From: Octopus sinensis
Lineage: Eukaryota
DNA length: 64,000 nucleotides
Assembly: GCF_006345805.1 (NCBI RefSeq)
Contig: NC_043016.1
Location: 7,750,001 to 7,814,000 of the forward strand
Direction: 5' to 3'
Of the stretch, positions 40,642 to 52,370 are shown one piece after another. Under the pieces are notes generated by a model. The model ran no database searches and had not been told where the DNA came from. It worked only from the letters and a program-made list of their open reading frames with translations. Numbering within the stretch: position 1 is the stretch's first letter; every line of letters begins with the position of its first letter. Position numbers and translations under genes: made by a program.

Positions 40642-40988
40642 ATGGAAATCTAGATTTACTTACGGAGACAGCAACTGAGTATCGCCTGAGGAGGAGATAC
40701 ATATAGATCTTCTTAAATAGGTAAATCGTTGCATAATTAATTTAAACTCAACTTTAAATCTTGTATATACGAGGATCTGTATGTATCGAAATATTTGTAG
40801 CGATTAAAAAGCTTCCTAACTCTTCATTTTGACTCTTGACTCTTTTACTTTTTACTTTTTATTATATATATATATATATATATATATATCTATATAATAG
40901 ATAAATTTCCTCTATTTACATAATATTGAGGTCTCTTCTTTCTTTTGGTTTACCGTTTTATCAATATATATATATATATATATATATA

Positions 40989-41149
40989 TGGCTGTGCGGT
41001 AAGAAGCTTGCTTCCCAACCACATGGTCCGGGTTCAGTCCCATTGCGTGTTACCTTGGGTATGGTCTTCTACTGTAGCCTCGAACCGACCAAAGCCTTGT
41101 CAGTGGATTGGTAGACGGAAACAGAAAGAAGCCTGTCGTATATATATAT

Positions 41150-41181
<32 letters not shown>

Positions 41182-41425
41182 ATGTGTGTGTGTGGTGTGT
41201 GTGTGGTGTGTGGTGCGTGTACATATATTATCTGTGTGTGTGTGTTTGTGTCTGTGTTTGTCCACACCATCACTTGACAATTGATATTGGTGTGTTTATG
41301 CTCCCGAAATTTAGCAGTTTAGCAAAAGAGACCGATAGAATAAGTACTAGGTTTACAAAAAATAAGTCCTGGGGTCGATTTCTTCGACTAAAGGTGGTGC
41401 TGCAGTATGGCTACAGTCAGTGTCT
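40989..41425 (+). mobile_element. SINE family B
   Basis: Similarity to 14887-15291. Confidence 0.85.
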
Positions 41426-41849
41426 GATTCTTCCTAAAGAGAAGACGTGCATTTATCTGTCTCTTCTCAAAGCTTATTTTTACCAGCGTTCATCACTTCA
41501 CATCGCCTTGGCTTAACAGCCCTCACCGTTTGTTTTTACTGTTTTGTTGTCACTGTCCTTTTTTTGTTACCAGGTTCACCCTTCGTAAAAAATCCCAAAT
41601 TTTATTTAATTTGCTTTGCGGGAATGACTGTTTTAACGAAGTCGCGTCTTGTCTCTACCTTCAAAATGCGGAGTAGATAAAACAGGGAACAACTGATGAA
41701 GGGAATGTTCTTTATGTTGCATGTCTCGTTTCTCTGTTTTTTTTTCGTTGTTCAAAAAAAGGTCGTTTTCTATGTTTTTGTTTTTATGTTTTTGTTTTCT
41801 CATCGGGTCTACGTATGCATGTATATGTACATATATATGTAGGTATGTA

Positions 41850-42022
41850 CGTGTGATAAGTAGTTTGCTTACGAACCACATGGTTCCGGGTTCAGTCCCA
41901 CTGCGTGGAACCTTGGGCAAGTGTCTTCTACTATAGCCTCGGACCGATCAAAGCCTTGTGAGTGGATTTGGTAGACGGAAACTGAAAAAAACCCGTCGTA
42001 TGTATGTATATATATATTATAT

Positions 42023-42055
<33 letters not shown>

Positions 42056-42262
42056 TGTTTTGTGTTTGTCCCCCCCCAACATCGCTTGACAACCGATGCT
42101 GGTGTGTTTACGACCCCGTAACTTAGCGGTCGGCAAAAGAAACCGATAGAATAAGTACTAGGCTTACAAAGAATAAGTCCTGGGGTCGATTTGCTCGACA
42201 AAAAGTGGTGCTCCAGCATGGCCACAGTGAAATGACTGAAACAGAGTAAAAGAGTAAAAGAG
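41850..42262 (+). mobile_element. SINE family B
   Basis: Similarity to 14887-15291, GAGTAAAA tail. Confidence 0.88.
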
Positions 42263-42267
42263 AGAGA

Positions 42268-42315
<48 letters not shown>

Positions 42316-42558
42316 GTGAAATCCAGACAGGTTTTTTTTCTCTCTCTATTTATTCCTCAATTCATCTGTTTATTTCCTATTCATTTTGTAGAGGGGTGTA
42401 AGTTCGAAACTTCAAGGACTTTTCCATTTTTCCTAAACGCCAAACTAATACATCTTGTTGTTCCTCGCCTGTATCTGTCTTTGCTTCTTGTACATTTGAA
42501 ACCTACACACACACACACACACACATGCATATATATATATATATATATAATATATATA

Positions 42559-43579
42559 CTAGCAGTATCGCCGGCGTTGCTCGGGTTGTAAGGGAAATAA
42601 CTATATAAGCATTTTAGAGAGTTATAGCCAAAAAAATAGCAAAAAATGCATAAAAAATTGAAAAAAAAATTAAGGTAATTTTTTCTTTAAATCGTTGACA
42701 CATCGTAGATATTTTTAGAGAGTTACTTCCTTATATAAAAGCGAAAAAAATGCATTAAAATGGAAAAATATGATGGTAATTTTTTTTAAATCGTAGACTC
42801 ATCGTAGACGCGCGCTAATACCCAGAAGGGCTCGTTTGTTATTCTGGGTAACTTTCTGTAAAATTATTAAAATTTTGTTCAAACATCGCTATAGAAAATG
42901 GGTTATTAGGTAATATTCAATTGGGTATACAACAAAATTTTACAATAGAATTTGTATTCTGGGTAACTTTCTGATACCCATAATAATATTTATGGCAAAA
43001 TAGCCTTAATTTCACTTAAGGTTGTGGGAAATAACAAACTCTCCTTTCTTTCGGTTGTTTACGTTTAGCGTAATGATTTCAAATAGGCTCATTCGAAAAA
43101 GTAAATAGGAATAGTCTAAGGCTTACTCTTCTGGGAAAGTCTGTGGCTTGGTCCAGTTTCTTCAGAAAAACTCACCGAAAGAAACAGTTTTTAAATTTTC
43201 ACTCCATTCAGGTACCAATTCGTTTTCTTTATCGCTGTCGGATTCACTGTTTTCACTTTAATAGCTGCAAACTTGCAAAGACAAAGGAGGAGAAGGGGGT
43301 GATAGCGTCAGTGAAACAATTCGCTCCCTTTGTGTGTGTGTGCGTTTGCGTGTGGTGTAAACCAGACTAAGAAAAGATTTGCATGACACAACACACCAGA
43401 ATGTGAGTTTTCTGTAAATTTTGCTTAATTGGAGTTTAAATTTTAAAAACTGGACCTGGCATGACGCGATGCATTGTACTCTTAAAAATGGTAGGTAAAT
43501 TGTAATTGAAGAAATCCTATATTGTAGATTTGTAAACTCCCAAAGGGAGGCAGATAAAATCTGCCTTTATAATAAGAGA
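42559..43579 (-). mobile_element. Non-autonomous Helitron (chimeric)
   Basis: 5' TCTCTTATTATAAA; 3' CCCGAGCAACGCCGG hairpin + CTAG|T; 3' ~280 bp shared with 44987-45619. Confidence 0.8.
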
Positions 43580-43654
43580 TATATCTCTTATTAAAGATTT
43601 GTATAACTCCCAAAGGGAGGCAGATAAAATCTGCCTTTTATAATAAGAGATATA

Positions 43655-43922
43655 TCTCTTATTATAAAAGGCAGATTTTATCTGCCTCCCTTTGGGAGTT
43701 ATACAAATCTACAATATAGGATTTCTCAATTACAATTTACCTAGCAGTTTTAAGAGTACAAACGCATCGCGTCATGCCAAGTCCAGTTTTAAAATTTAAA
43801 CTCCAATTAAGCAAAATTTACAGAAAACTCACATTCTGGTGTGTGTGTCAAATGCTTTCTTAGTCTGGTTACACCACGCGCAAATGCACGCACACAGTGG
43901 GCAACGAATAAAGTGAAACTAG
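43655..43922 (+). mobile_element. Helitron-like 5' segment, head-to-head with 42559-43579
   Basis: A|TCTCTTATTATAAAAGGCAG start; ~240 bp inverted-identical to 43333-43579; possible CTAG end at 43919-43922. Confidence 0.65.
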
Positions 43923-44534
43923 ATGTAATATTTGTTTTCTCTCTATCACGCTGATAGATACATGAGTAAAATGTATGGGAAGCTAACACATAAGGGTGAG
44001 TGAAATGTTCTGGAAGAGAGTAAATAGCCAGAGAGTGATTTGAGGAAGACTACATTAAATAACCGTAGTGGCTTGGTTAGTAATAAAGTTAAAATACACT
44101 CATACATACATACATAAATACATACATACATACATACATACATACATACATACACACACACACCACACACCACACACATACATCATACACACACACATAC
44201 ATACATACATATTACATACATATACATACATACATATACATACATACAACACACACACAACATACACACACACACACAGTATTGAAGCTTGAGAACAATC
44301 AGATACATTTGCAACACATCTGTTGAAAATATCATTGTTCACACACATACATATACATATATACATACAGACAGACAGACCGATAGACACACACACACAC
44401 CACATGATCCAGCATGGCCACAACCTCAGGCTGGAAACATATAAAGAATAAAGAATATAAATGTGTGCATGTGTGTGAGAGAGAAAGTGTGTGTGTATAT
44501 GTATGTATGTATGTATGTATGTATACATATATAA

Positions 44535-44970
44535 TAATGCGGGTTTTTTCAACAGCTTGAACTAAAAGTCAGAGGGGAATGGGATAAACTACTTATATTA
44601 ATTGCTATAAAAAGCAGGTAGTAATTTTATCTTGTCCTTATTCATAGTGCAAGTTTGAAGAGTGCATTTCGATTTTAACAGCTATTTTTTTCAAAAGCTA
44701 TATTGGAACAGCCTAGAAGACGAGCCTCATCCTGAAAGATCTGTTAGAACTCGACAAGGACATCCTGAAAACCCTGGTGGAACAAAATCTCATCGTAACT
44801 GGTGAGGAACTAGCAGAGAAGCTTGGATTTGGTCATTTCAACCATTCATGAGACCTGTGTGCTATCGGAAAAAGTCAGCAAATTGGGTCAATGGGTTCCT
44901 CACGAACTTTCCGAGTCTAATTGCATGCAGAGAGTGAATGTATGCTTTTCTTTGCTGTCAAATCTCACCA
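44535..44970 (+). pseudogene. mariner transposase N-terminal (HTH) fragment
   Basis: SLEDEPHPERS...LKTLVEQN...EELAEKLG...GKVSKLGQWVPHELSESN. Confidence 0.8.
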
Positions 44971-44986
44971 TACTGCGCTATGTATA

Positions 44987-45619
44987 TCTATATATATAAA
45001 CTGTAGTTGTGTGAGTGTCTGTCCCTTCGATTTAGATTCCTAACTACTCCCACATGTTTGCGGGGTGCAGTTTAACCAAATTCGGGTAGCTTATAGTCGT
45101 GATTGATATCGAGCCGTCTGAGTATTAGCGCGCGTTCTACGATGAGTCTACGATTTTAAAAATAAGTAACATCTTTTTTATTCCATTTAATGCATAATTT
45201 TTCGTGTTCGATGGCGGCGGAGTTGGCGTCCACGCTCACACCTGCACACTGTGGGGAAGGGAGTGTTAAGGAATCAACGTCGTAATGCGTTGTCAAGGAG
45301 ACCAGCGTTCTTTTAGAACAACGACTTCATGGCTTGAAGACACCAAAACAGAAATGGCTAAGAAAGCGTCTACATGAGTCTACGATTAAAAAAAAAAATT
45401 TACCATCGTTGTTTTTCCATTTTAATGCATTTTTTCGCTATTATATAAGGGAAGTAACTCTCTAAAATGTCTACGATGAGTCAAACGATTTTTTCAAAAA
45501 ATTTACCATCATATTTTTTCCATTTGAATGCATTCTTTGCTATTTTGGGCTATAAACTCTCTAAAAATGCTTATAGTTATTCCCTTACAAACCCGAGCAA
45601 CGCCGGGCGATACTGCTAG
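44987..45619 (+). mobile_element. Non-autonomous Helitron, 633 bp, complete
   Basis: A|TCTATATATATAAA ... CCCGAGCAACGCCGGG hairpin, CGATACTG-CTAG|T. Confidence 0.9.
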
Positions 45620-45709
45620 TATATATATATATTATGATATATATATATATATAATATATATATATATATATACATATATAATATATACATATATATAATA
45701 TATATATAT

Positions 45710-45742
<33 letters not shown>

Positions 45743-45765
45743 TACATATATATAATACATATATA

Positions 45766-46030
45766 TAACGGGAAGCTTTATGAAAATAAACAAAAAGACG
45801 AAGGCAGGTGGAAGACCAAACGAACAATTGTATTAGATGGCGCTCAGGAAATATAATTAAAACAAGTCTTTAACGTTTCGAGCCTACGCTCTTCAACAGA
45901 AAGATACAAGAGAGAGAAAAACACAGAAAGAAGGAGAGAAAAAAATGCTGTGCAGTAGCTAACGAATCAACATGGCGATCTGATTTCGGCCAGAGGTCAA
46001 AGATCAACATGAGACGCGAGAGCGGAATAT
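45766..46030 (-). repeat. Penelope-type terminal repeat, second copy, with minimal hammerhead motif (45867-45904)
   Basis: Minus TCTTT-CTGTTGA-A-GAGC-GTAG-GCTC-GAAA-CGTT-AAAGA. Confidence 0.72.
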
Positions 46031-46049
46031 AATATATAGTATCTATATA

Positions 46050-46102
<53 letters not shown>

Positions 46103-46384
46103 ATATATATATGTAAAATATGTATATATATATGTATATATATGTATACATTAATCATATATATATATTTAATATAAATATATATATATTATATATAATA
46201 TATATATATACATATATATATATATAATTATATAGTATATATATATATATATATATAACAATATATAATATATTATACATATACTATATACCATATATAT
46301 ATATATATATATATACATTATATATATAATATATTATATATATATTATATATATATATATATATACATATATCTATTATATATT

Positions 46385-46426
<42 letters not shown>

Positions 46427-46427
46427 T
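46030..46427. repeat. (TA)n-rich array
   Basis: Direct reading. Confidence 0.95.
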
Positions 46428-47595
46428 TTGATAGGTTTCCGCCATTATTGGCCCAGGCCCATGTCTAAACTTAATAGCACCACCTGGTGAAGTCTTTCAA
46501 GTCAGAATTGGGCACTATGGCCACTCAAGTAGAGAGTTATTGTTACAGAGACATATCCGGGTGTTGTAGGGTGTTTATCCGGGATTTCTTGAAGGAATCT
46601 GTCCAAAGACTTCTTGAACCCTATAGGGTCAGTTTGTGTTTTAATGTGTTTTGGTGTAATGTTAAAGAGAGCGGGGCCAATTGAGGTGAAATAATTGTGC
46701 CCTCTTTTTGTTATGAGATGAGAGTGCGATTTTGTTTTGGGCGGATGGCACGGGGCCCAAGCCTTGGAGTACCTTGACGGTGATGCCAACATCATTGGGC
46801 AATGCTGATGGAATATTTTCCCACATCATGCAGATGATGTAGCGCTCACGACGACGTTGAGAGAGAAAAGAGTTTTAGCTTTTCTAGTCGACCCCAATAG
46901 TCGAGGCCTGTCATGCCATCTATCTTTTTTGTGATTGCCCTTTGAGGTGCTCAACTTTTATGATACCTTGTATTGTGTGGGGAGACCACAGTGGACAACA
47001 GTATTCAAGGTGGGGTCGGGCAAAAAGTGGAGAAGAAGAAGGAAATAATGGTGTGGATATCTCTCGACTGGAAAGTTCTGAGAATCCAGGAACACATTCT
47101 GCGGGCCATGTCAACTTTGGTTGTTTATATGAGTGGCCCAGCTTATGTTGTTGTCCACAATACTCCCAAGTCTCTGATGTTGTTGGACGCCGCGAGAGTT
47201 TCACTGAAGGAAGGGAGTTGGGAGTTTCAGGGCATCCTCTTTTCCAAGTGGATTAGCTCAAATTTATCCTCGTTCAGCAGCATATTGTTTTTTTCTGCCC
47301 ATTGGATAACAGCCAGTAGATCTGACTGAAGGCATGTCCGGTCACTCGCCTCATTTATGACCTTCTGTAGCTTGGAGTCATCTGCAAGATTTTTATGTTG
47401 CGTGGCTTGATGATGTCATTAATGTCATTAATGTAAATGATGAAAAGAAGTGGGCCCAGCACAGTGCCTTGCGGAACGCCACTAATGACTTTGGCTGGGC
47501 TTGATTTTACCCCTTCAACTACAACATGTTGAGATCTGTCTGTCAGGAAACAACTTGATCCATTTCAGTAACTTTCCAGAGACACCAATGTTGGA
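46428..47595 (-). pseudogene. CR1-clade LINE, 5'-truncated (RT C-terminal half + 3' UTR)
   Basis: SGVPQGTVLGPLLFIIYIND, ADDSKL, RPHLEYCCPLWSP, YWGRLEKLKLFSLQRRRERY, FKKSLDRFL. Confidence 0.9.
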
Positions 47596-47762
47596 TATAT
47601 ATATATACACGCGGGTGGGAAGGGGCTGGTGACACAATCTTTTCATTCACAATTGATTTGGTGATACTAGTTGCGGATTCTAGCTCGCTCTGATACTGAG
47701 TTGGAGTTGGTGCATTTCTAGTATATCAAAATTCAATATATAATCATTTATGATTATAGTAT

Positions 47763-47863
47763 TCTACGCTGAAGAGAAAAGAAGTTTTGGTGAGATAGAA
47801 TTATAATATTTAATTCTTATGCTTTCCTAAAAACTGATTCGAAACGAAACGTACGTCCGTAGA
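47763..47863 (+). ncRNA. Type I hammerhead ribozyme, unit 1 (extra CGAAA duplication)
   Basis: TCTACG-CTGAAGA-G..C-GAAA-CGTACGTC-CGTAGA; predicted cleavage after C47857. Confidence 0.8.
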
Positions 47864-48348
47864 TAACTTAAAATTGTTATGATAGATTGCCGTCAATTCA
47901 TTCTCTCTTACCTGTTTGTGTCTGCCTTCCAATTGCTGTTTTTTGAGATCTCCCTTTTTAGTAGAAGAAATAGCTATAACTCTTTGACTGCTATTTCTAA
48001 ATCGGTATGTGGTAAGGCAATTCGTTGCTAAAACTCTTTATTGCTTAGTATTACTTAAATTTTCCTCGAATGAGGCTTTTACATGCCGAAGACTACTTGG
48101 TGTAATGATAATTATTCAAATAATTAAGTTTCACCCTCATATTACGGATAACCATATTTTATCTCAGTAGATGACCACAGCATCTTGTTTTGGCTACACG
48201 CGGGTGGGAAGGGGTGGTGACACAATCTTTTCATTCACACATTGAATTTGGTGATACTAGTTGCGGATTCTAGCTCGCTCTGATACTGAGTTGAGTTGGG
48301 CCTTTAGTATCTCCAAATTCAATATATAATCATTTATGATTATAGTAT

Positions 48349-48445
48349 TCTACGCTGAAGAGAAAAGAAGTTTTGGTGAGATAGAATTATTTAATATTTA
48401 ATTCTTATGCTTTCCTAAAACGATTTCGAAACGTACGTCCGTAGA
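48349..48445 (+). ncRNA. Type I hammerhead ribozyme, unit 2 (complete canonical core)
   Basis: Stem I TCTACG/CGTAGA; CUGAAGA 48355-48361; G10.1-C11.1-closed long stem II; GAAA 48428-48431; palindromic ACGTACGT stem III; GUC 48437-48439. Confidence 0.88.
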
Positions 48446-48925
48446 ACTTAAAATTGTATGACAGATTGCCGTCAATTCATTCTCTCTTACCTGTTTGTGT
48501 CTGCCTTCCAATTGCTGTTTTTACTGAGATCTCCCTTTTTAGTAGAAGAAATAGCTATAACTCATTGACTGCTATTTCTAAATTCGGTATGTGGTAAGGC
48601 AATTCGTTGCTAAACCCTTTATTGCTTAGTATTACTTAAATTTCCTCGAATGAGGCTTTTACATGCGAAGACTACTGGTGTAATTGATAATTATTCCAAA
48701 TTAATTAATTTCACCCTCATTATTACGGATAACCATAATCTCAGTAGATGACCACAGCATCTTGTTTTGGTACACGCGGGTGGGAAGGGGCTGGTGACAC
48801 AATTTTCATTCACACATTGAATTTGGTGATACTAGTTGCGGATTCTAGCTCGCTCTGATACTGAGTTGAGTTGGTGCCTTTAGTATCTCAAATTCAATAT
48901 ATATCATTTATGATTATTATAGTAT

Positions 48926-49026
48926 TCTACGCTGAAGAGAAAAGAAGTTTTGGTGTGAGATAGAATTATTTAATATTTAATTCTTATGCTTTCCTAAAAA
49001 CTTGATTTCGAACGTACGTCCGTAGA
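48926..49026 (+). ncRNA. Type I hammerhead ribozyme, unit 3 (GAA instead of GAAA)
   Basis: Same fold; one A missing at 49010-49012; GUC 49018-49020. Confidence 0.75.
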
Positions 49027-49334
49027 TAACTTAAAATTGTATGATAGATTGCCGTCAATTCATTCTCTCTTACCTGTGTGTCTGCCTTCCAATTGCTGTT
49101 TTTACTGAGATCTCCCTTTTTAGTAGAAGAAATAGCTATAACTCTTTGACTGGCTATTTCTAAATTCGGTATGTGGTAAGGCAATTCGTTGCTAAACCTT
49201 TATGTTAGTATATATATATATATATATAGTCATCAAAAAAAGGGGTAGAATTAATTAATTGTTAATAAATTCGACCAAGCAGTATTCGGTATGTAAAGAC
49301 CATTACGGTTATTTTATATATATAATATATATGC

Positions 49335-49562
49335 TGGCGAGCTGACAGAAACGTAGCACGCTGGGCGAAATGCGTAGCCGTATTTCGTCTGCCGCTACGT
49401 TCTGAGTTCAAATTCCGCCGAGGTCGACTTTCCCTTTCATCCTTTCGGGGTCGATAAATTAAGTACCAGTTACGCACTGGGGTCGATGTAATCGACTTAA
49501 TTCGTTTGTCTGTCCTTGTTTGTTCCCTCTGTGTGTAGCCCCTTGTGGGTTAAAAAGAAACA
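49335..49562 (+). mobile_element. SINE family A
   Basis: Head, core, Tx1-like tail. Confidence 0.9.
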
Positions 49563-50261
49563 TATGTATATACATACACATATATAAATACACGCAAACA
49601 TAAATACATGTATGTATGTATATATAGTGGCAGCAATTAATCCGGTCCCTAGGTCTAATTATAGTGAGGAGAGAAGAATCGAACGGTTATGAGTGTGGAA
49701 GAGAGGGATTGAAAAGGGGAAAAGAGAGTGGGGGAAAGAAGACGGGGAGAAAGGATGGGGGGGGGGGAGAAACAGAAAGCGAGAAAAGAGATTTGGACTG
49801 TATACAAGTAAATGATGAAGGAACGGGAGTGGAATGAGTGCAGAGACGGTGGTGATAGAGTGGGTGTGGGGGGAGAGGAACAAATGTTTTGTGTGTGTGT
49901 GTGTTTGTGTGCGTGTGTTTCAGAAGTCTAGGGTGTGAAGTGGATAAGAGGTAGTGGGAGTGGGAAAAACTAAAAGTTGTAGAGGGTGGTGATGGAAAAA
50001 GTAGAAAATGAAATGAAAAAAATTGAGGTGTTCGTGTAAAAACGGGTGGGTGGGGGGGGGCGGGGGAAGGGGCAGCTGCGAGAAGCAGTTGCGAGAGGTA
50101 AAGTGAAACCGCACCTTACAGAAACGATTTGAGTATAAAGACATATATAGAATGGGATGTTCTTCGTTCGAAACGAAGGGAGTATCTAGGCACCTTTTTG
50201 TAAAATATGGGGTGTGCGCATCTGTGTGTGTGTGTGTATTGCGGTAAAAAAATTTGATTTT

Positions 50262-50720
50262 CAACCGCATGGTTCCGGGTTCAGTCCCGCTGCGTGGCAC
50301 CATGGACCAGTGTCTTCTATAGTTGGGTCAACCAAAGCCCTGCGAGTGGATGTGGTAGATGGAAACTGAAAGAAGCCCGTCAAATATATATATATTGAAA
50401 CGTTAAAACCTCCTTCCCTTCTTTCCTGAGCGTCAATATACTTTAATTGTTCACGTCCTGCGTTGCTGTGTTTTTTCTCTTTTTTTCTGTTGTTTCTGTT
50501 GGATTAACTATATATGTATATATTATATTTGTGGTGTGTCTGTTGTTTGTGTTTGCCCCACCCCATAATCATTGGTGTGTTTATGTCACAGTAACTTAGC
50601 GGTTCGGCAAAAGAGACCGATAGAATAAGTACTAGGCTACAAAGAATTAGTTCTGGGACCGATTTGTTAAACTAAAGGTGGTACTCCAGCATGGCCGCAG
50701 TAAAATGACTGAAAGAAGTA
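50262..50720 (+). mobile_element. SINE family B with a Penelope-type terminal-repeat fragment (50396-50515) in its internal microsatellite
   Basis: Insert begins GAAACGTTAAAA...TTCCTGAGCG, like the sequence downstream of the hammerheads at 25.8 and 45.9 kb. Confidence 0.7.
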
Positions 50721-51016
50721 AAAAAAAAACAAAACATCCTCCACTACCACCGTTTCACAATTAGAGTTTGTGTATTTGCGACCCCGTAAACTAGCGGTTC
50801 GGCAAACAAGACTGATATAGTAAAGACTAGGCTTGCAAAGAATAAGTCCTGGTGTTGATTTATTCGACTAAATGCCCTCAAAGGCGGTGCCCCAGCATGG
50901 TCACAGTGAAATGGCTGAAACAAGTAAAAGAACAAGAGAATATGTACACACACACACACGCACGAAAATACACGAAATATGAAAAAACGATTACCTATTT
51001 ACTAATTAGTTTCACT

Positions 51017-51832
51017 ACATAGGTAATCGATTTTTTTTTATTTCGTGTACTTTCATTTGTCTTGCTTATTTTTACACTTTGGTTTTTTGCTGAATTTTTT
51101 CTTGAGAACACATTCTTCGTGGAAAATGGCGAGTTTGACGTCTATATCTAGCAGATAGGCTGTCCATTTTTTTTAGTGGTCAGTCCTCTAAATTTTGTAT
51201 GTAAAAAAATGTTTAATCTTCGGATTTTTTTGTAAATATGTTAAGCCACTGGTTTTAATTGATCAATATCAATTTCTACCCTTATTTAATTTTAAATTAA
51301 AAAAATGTTCTCCAGCCGGTAAATTGACTGCTGTAGTTTATTAACTGCAGAGTAATTTCCGATCTTAGCGCGCCAAAGTGAAGGCATTTGAAAGATACAC
51401 ATAAATATAATTTGTGGGACTTTATACATGCTAGATTTCGGTCGAGCGTTTCTGTATCTAGTTCTGGAAATTGTGTTTTGTAAACGACAGACTATGCTGA
51501 TGATCTTGCAGATGTTTGCGTATCCATATACGTAAATATTAACAAGTGAAACTAATTAGTACATAGGTAATCGTTTTTTATTTTGTATATTTTCATTTGT
51601 CTTGCTTATTTTTACACTTTGTTTTTTTGCTGAATTTTTTCTTGAGAACACACTCTTCGTGGAAAATGGCGATTTTGACGTCTATATCTAGCATAGGCTG
51701 TCCATTTTTTTAGTGGTCAGTCCTCGAAATTTTGCATATAAAAAACTTTTAATCTTCGGATTTTTTAAAAATATGCTAGGTAACTGGCTTTAACTGATTA
51801 ATATCAATGTCTACCTTTATTTAATTTTAAAC
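51017..51832. repeat. Direct repeat of ~280 bp (51017-51298 and 51558-51832)
   Basis: TACATAGGTAATCG...TTTATTTAATTTTAAA present twice, roughly 85-90% identical. Confidence 0.85.
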
Positions 51833-51908
51833 GATATATATGTATATATATATATATATAATATTTTATAGTTGTAAGCACTTGTATTTAGTGGTGTAGG
51901 TGATAGAG

Positions 51909-52145
51909 TATATTAATCAAAATAAAAACATGATTCAAGGGATTTAGCGGTACATATGTTTCGGGCCTTTAATAGACGGTTTTATAACAATGCATAATTG
52001 ATGTAAATGTGTGTCTATGGCCTACACGGCTGGAGAAGGCCATAGACACACATTTACATCAATTATGCATTGTTATAAAACCGTCTAATAAAGCCCGAAA
52101 CATATGTACCGCTAAATCCTTTGAATCATGTTTTATTTTGATTAA

Positions 52146-52149
<4 letters not shown>
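51909..52149. repeat. Near-perfect inverted repeat, ~114-bp arms, 13-nt loop, TA ends (MITE-like)
   Basis: TATATTAATCAAAAT...CTATGGCCT-ACACGGCTGGAGA-AGGCCATAG...TTTTGATTAATATA. Confidence 0.93.
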
Positions 52150-52238
<89 letters not shown>

Positions 52239-52253
52239 TATAGATAGATAGAT

Positions 52254-52302
<49 letters not shown>

Positions 52303-52370
52303 TGTAGATAGATAGATAGATAGATAGATAGATATAGCTAGATAGATAGATAGGTAGGTAGATAGATAGA
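52150..52370. repeat. (TA)n and (GATA)n microsatellites
   Basis: Direct reading. Confidence 0.95.

Larger units (their letters stand above)
47606..49208 (+). repeat. Tandem array of ~581-bp units (about 2.75 copies), each with a hammerhead ribozyme (retrozyme-like)
   Basis: Unit starts TACACGCGGGTGGGAAGGG at 47606, 48194, 48770; no ORF; short TA runs on both sides. Confidence 0.92.
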
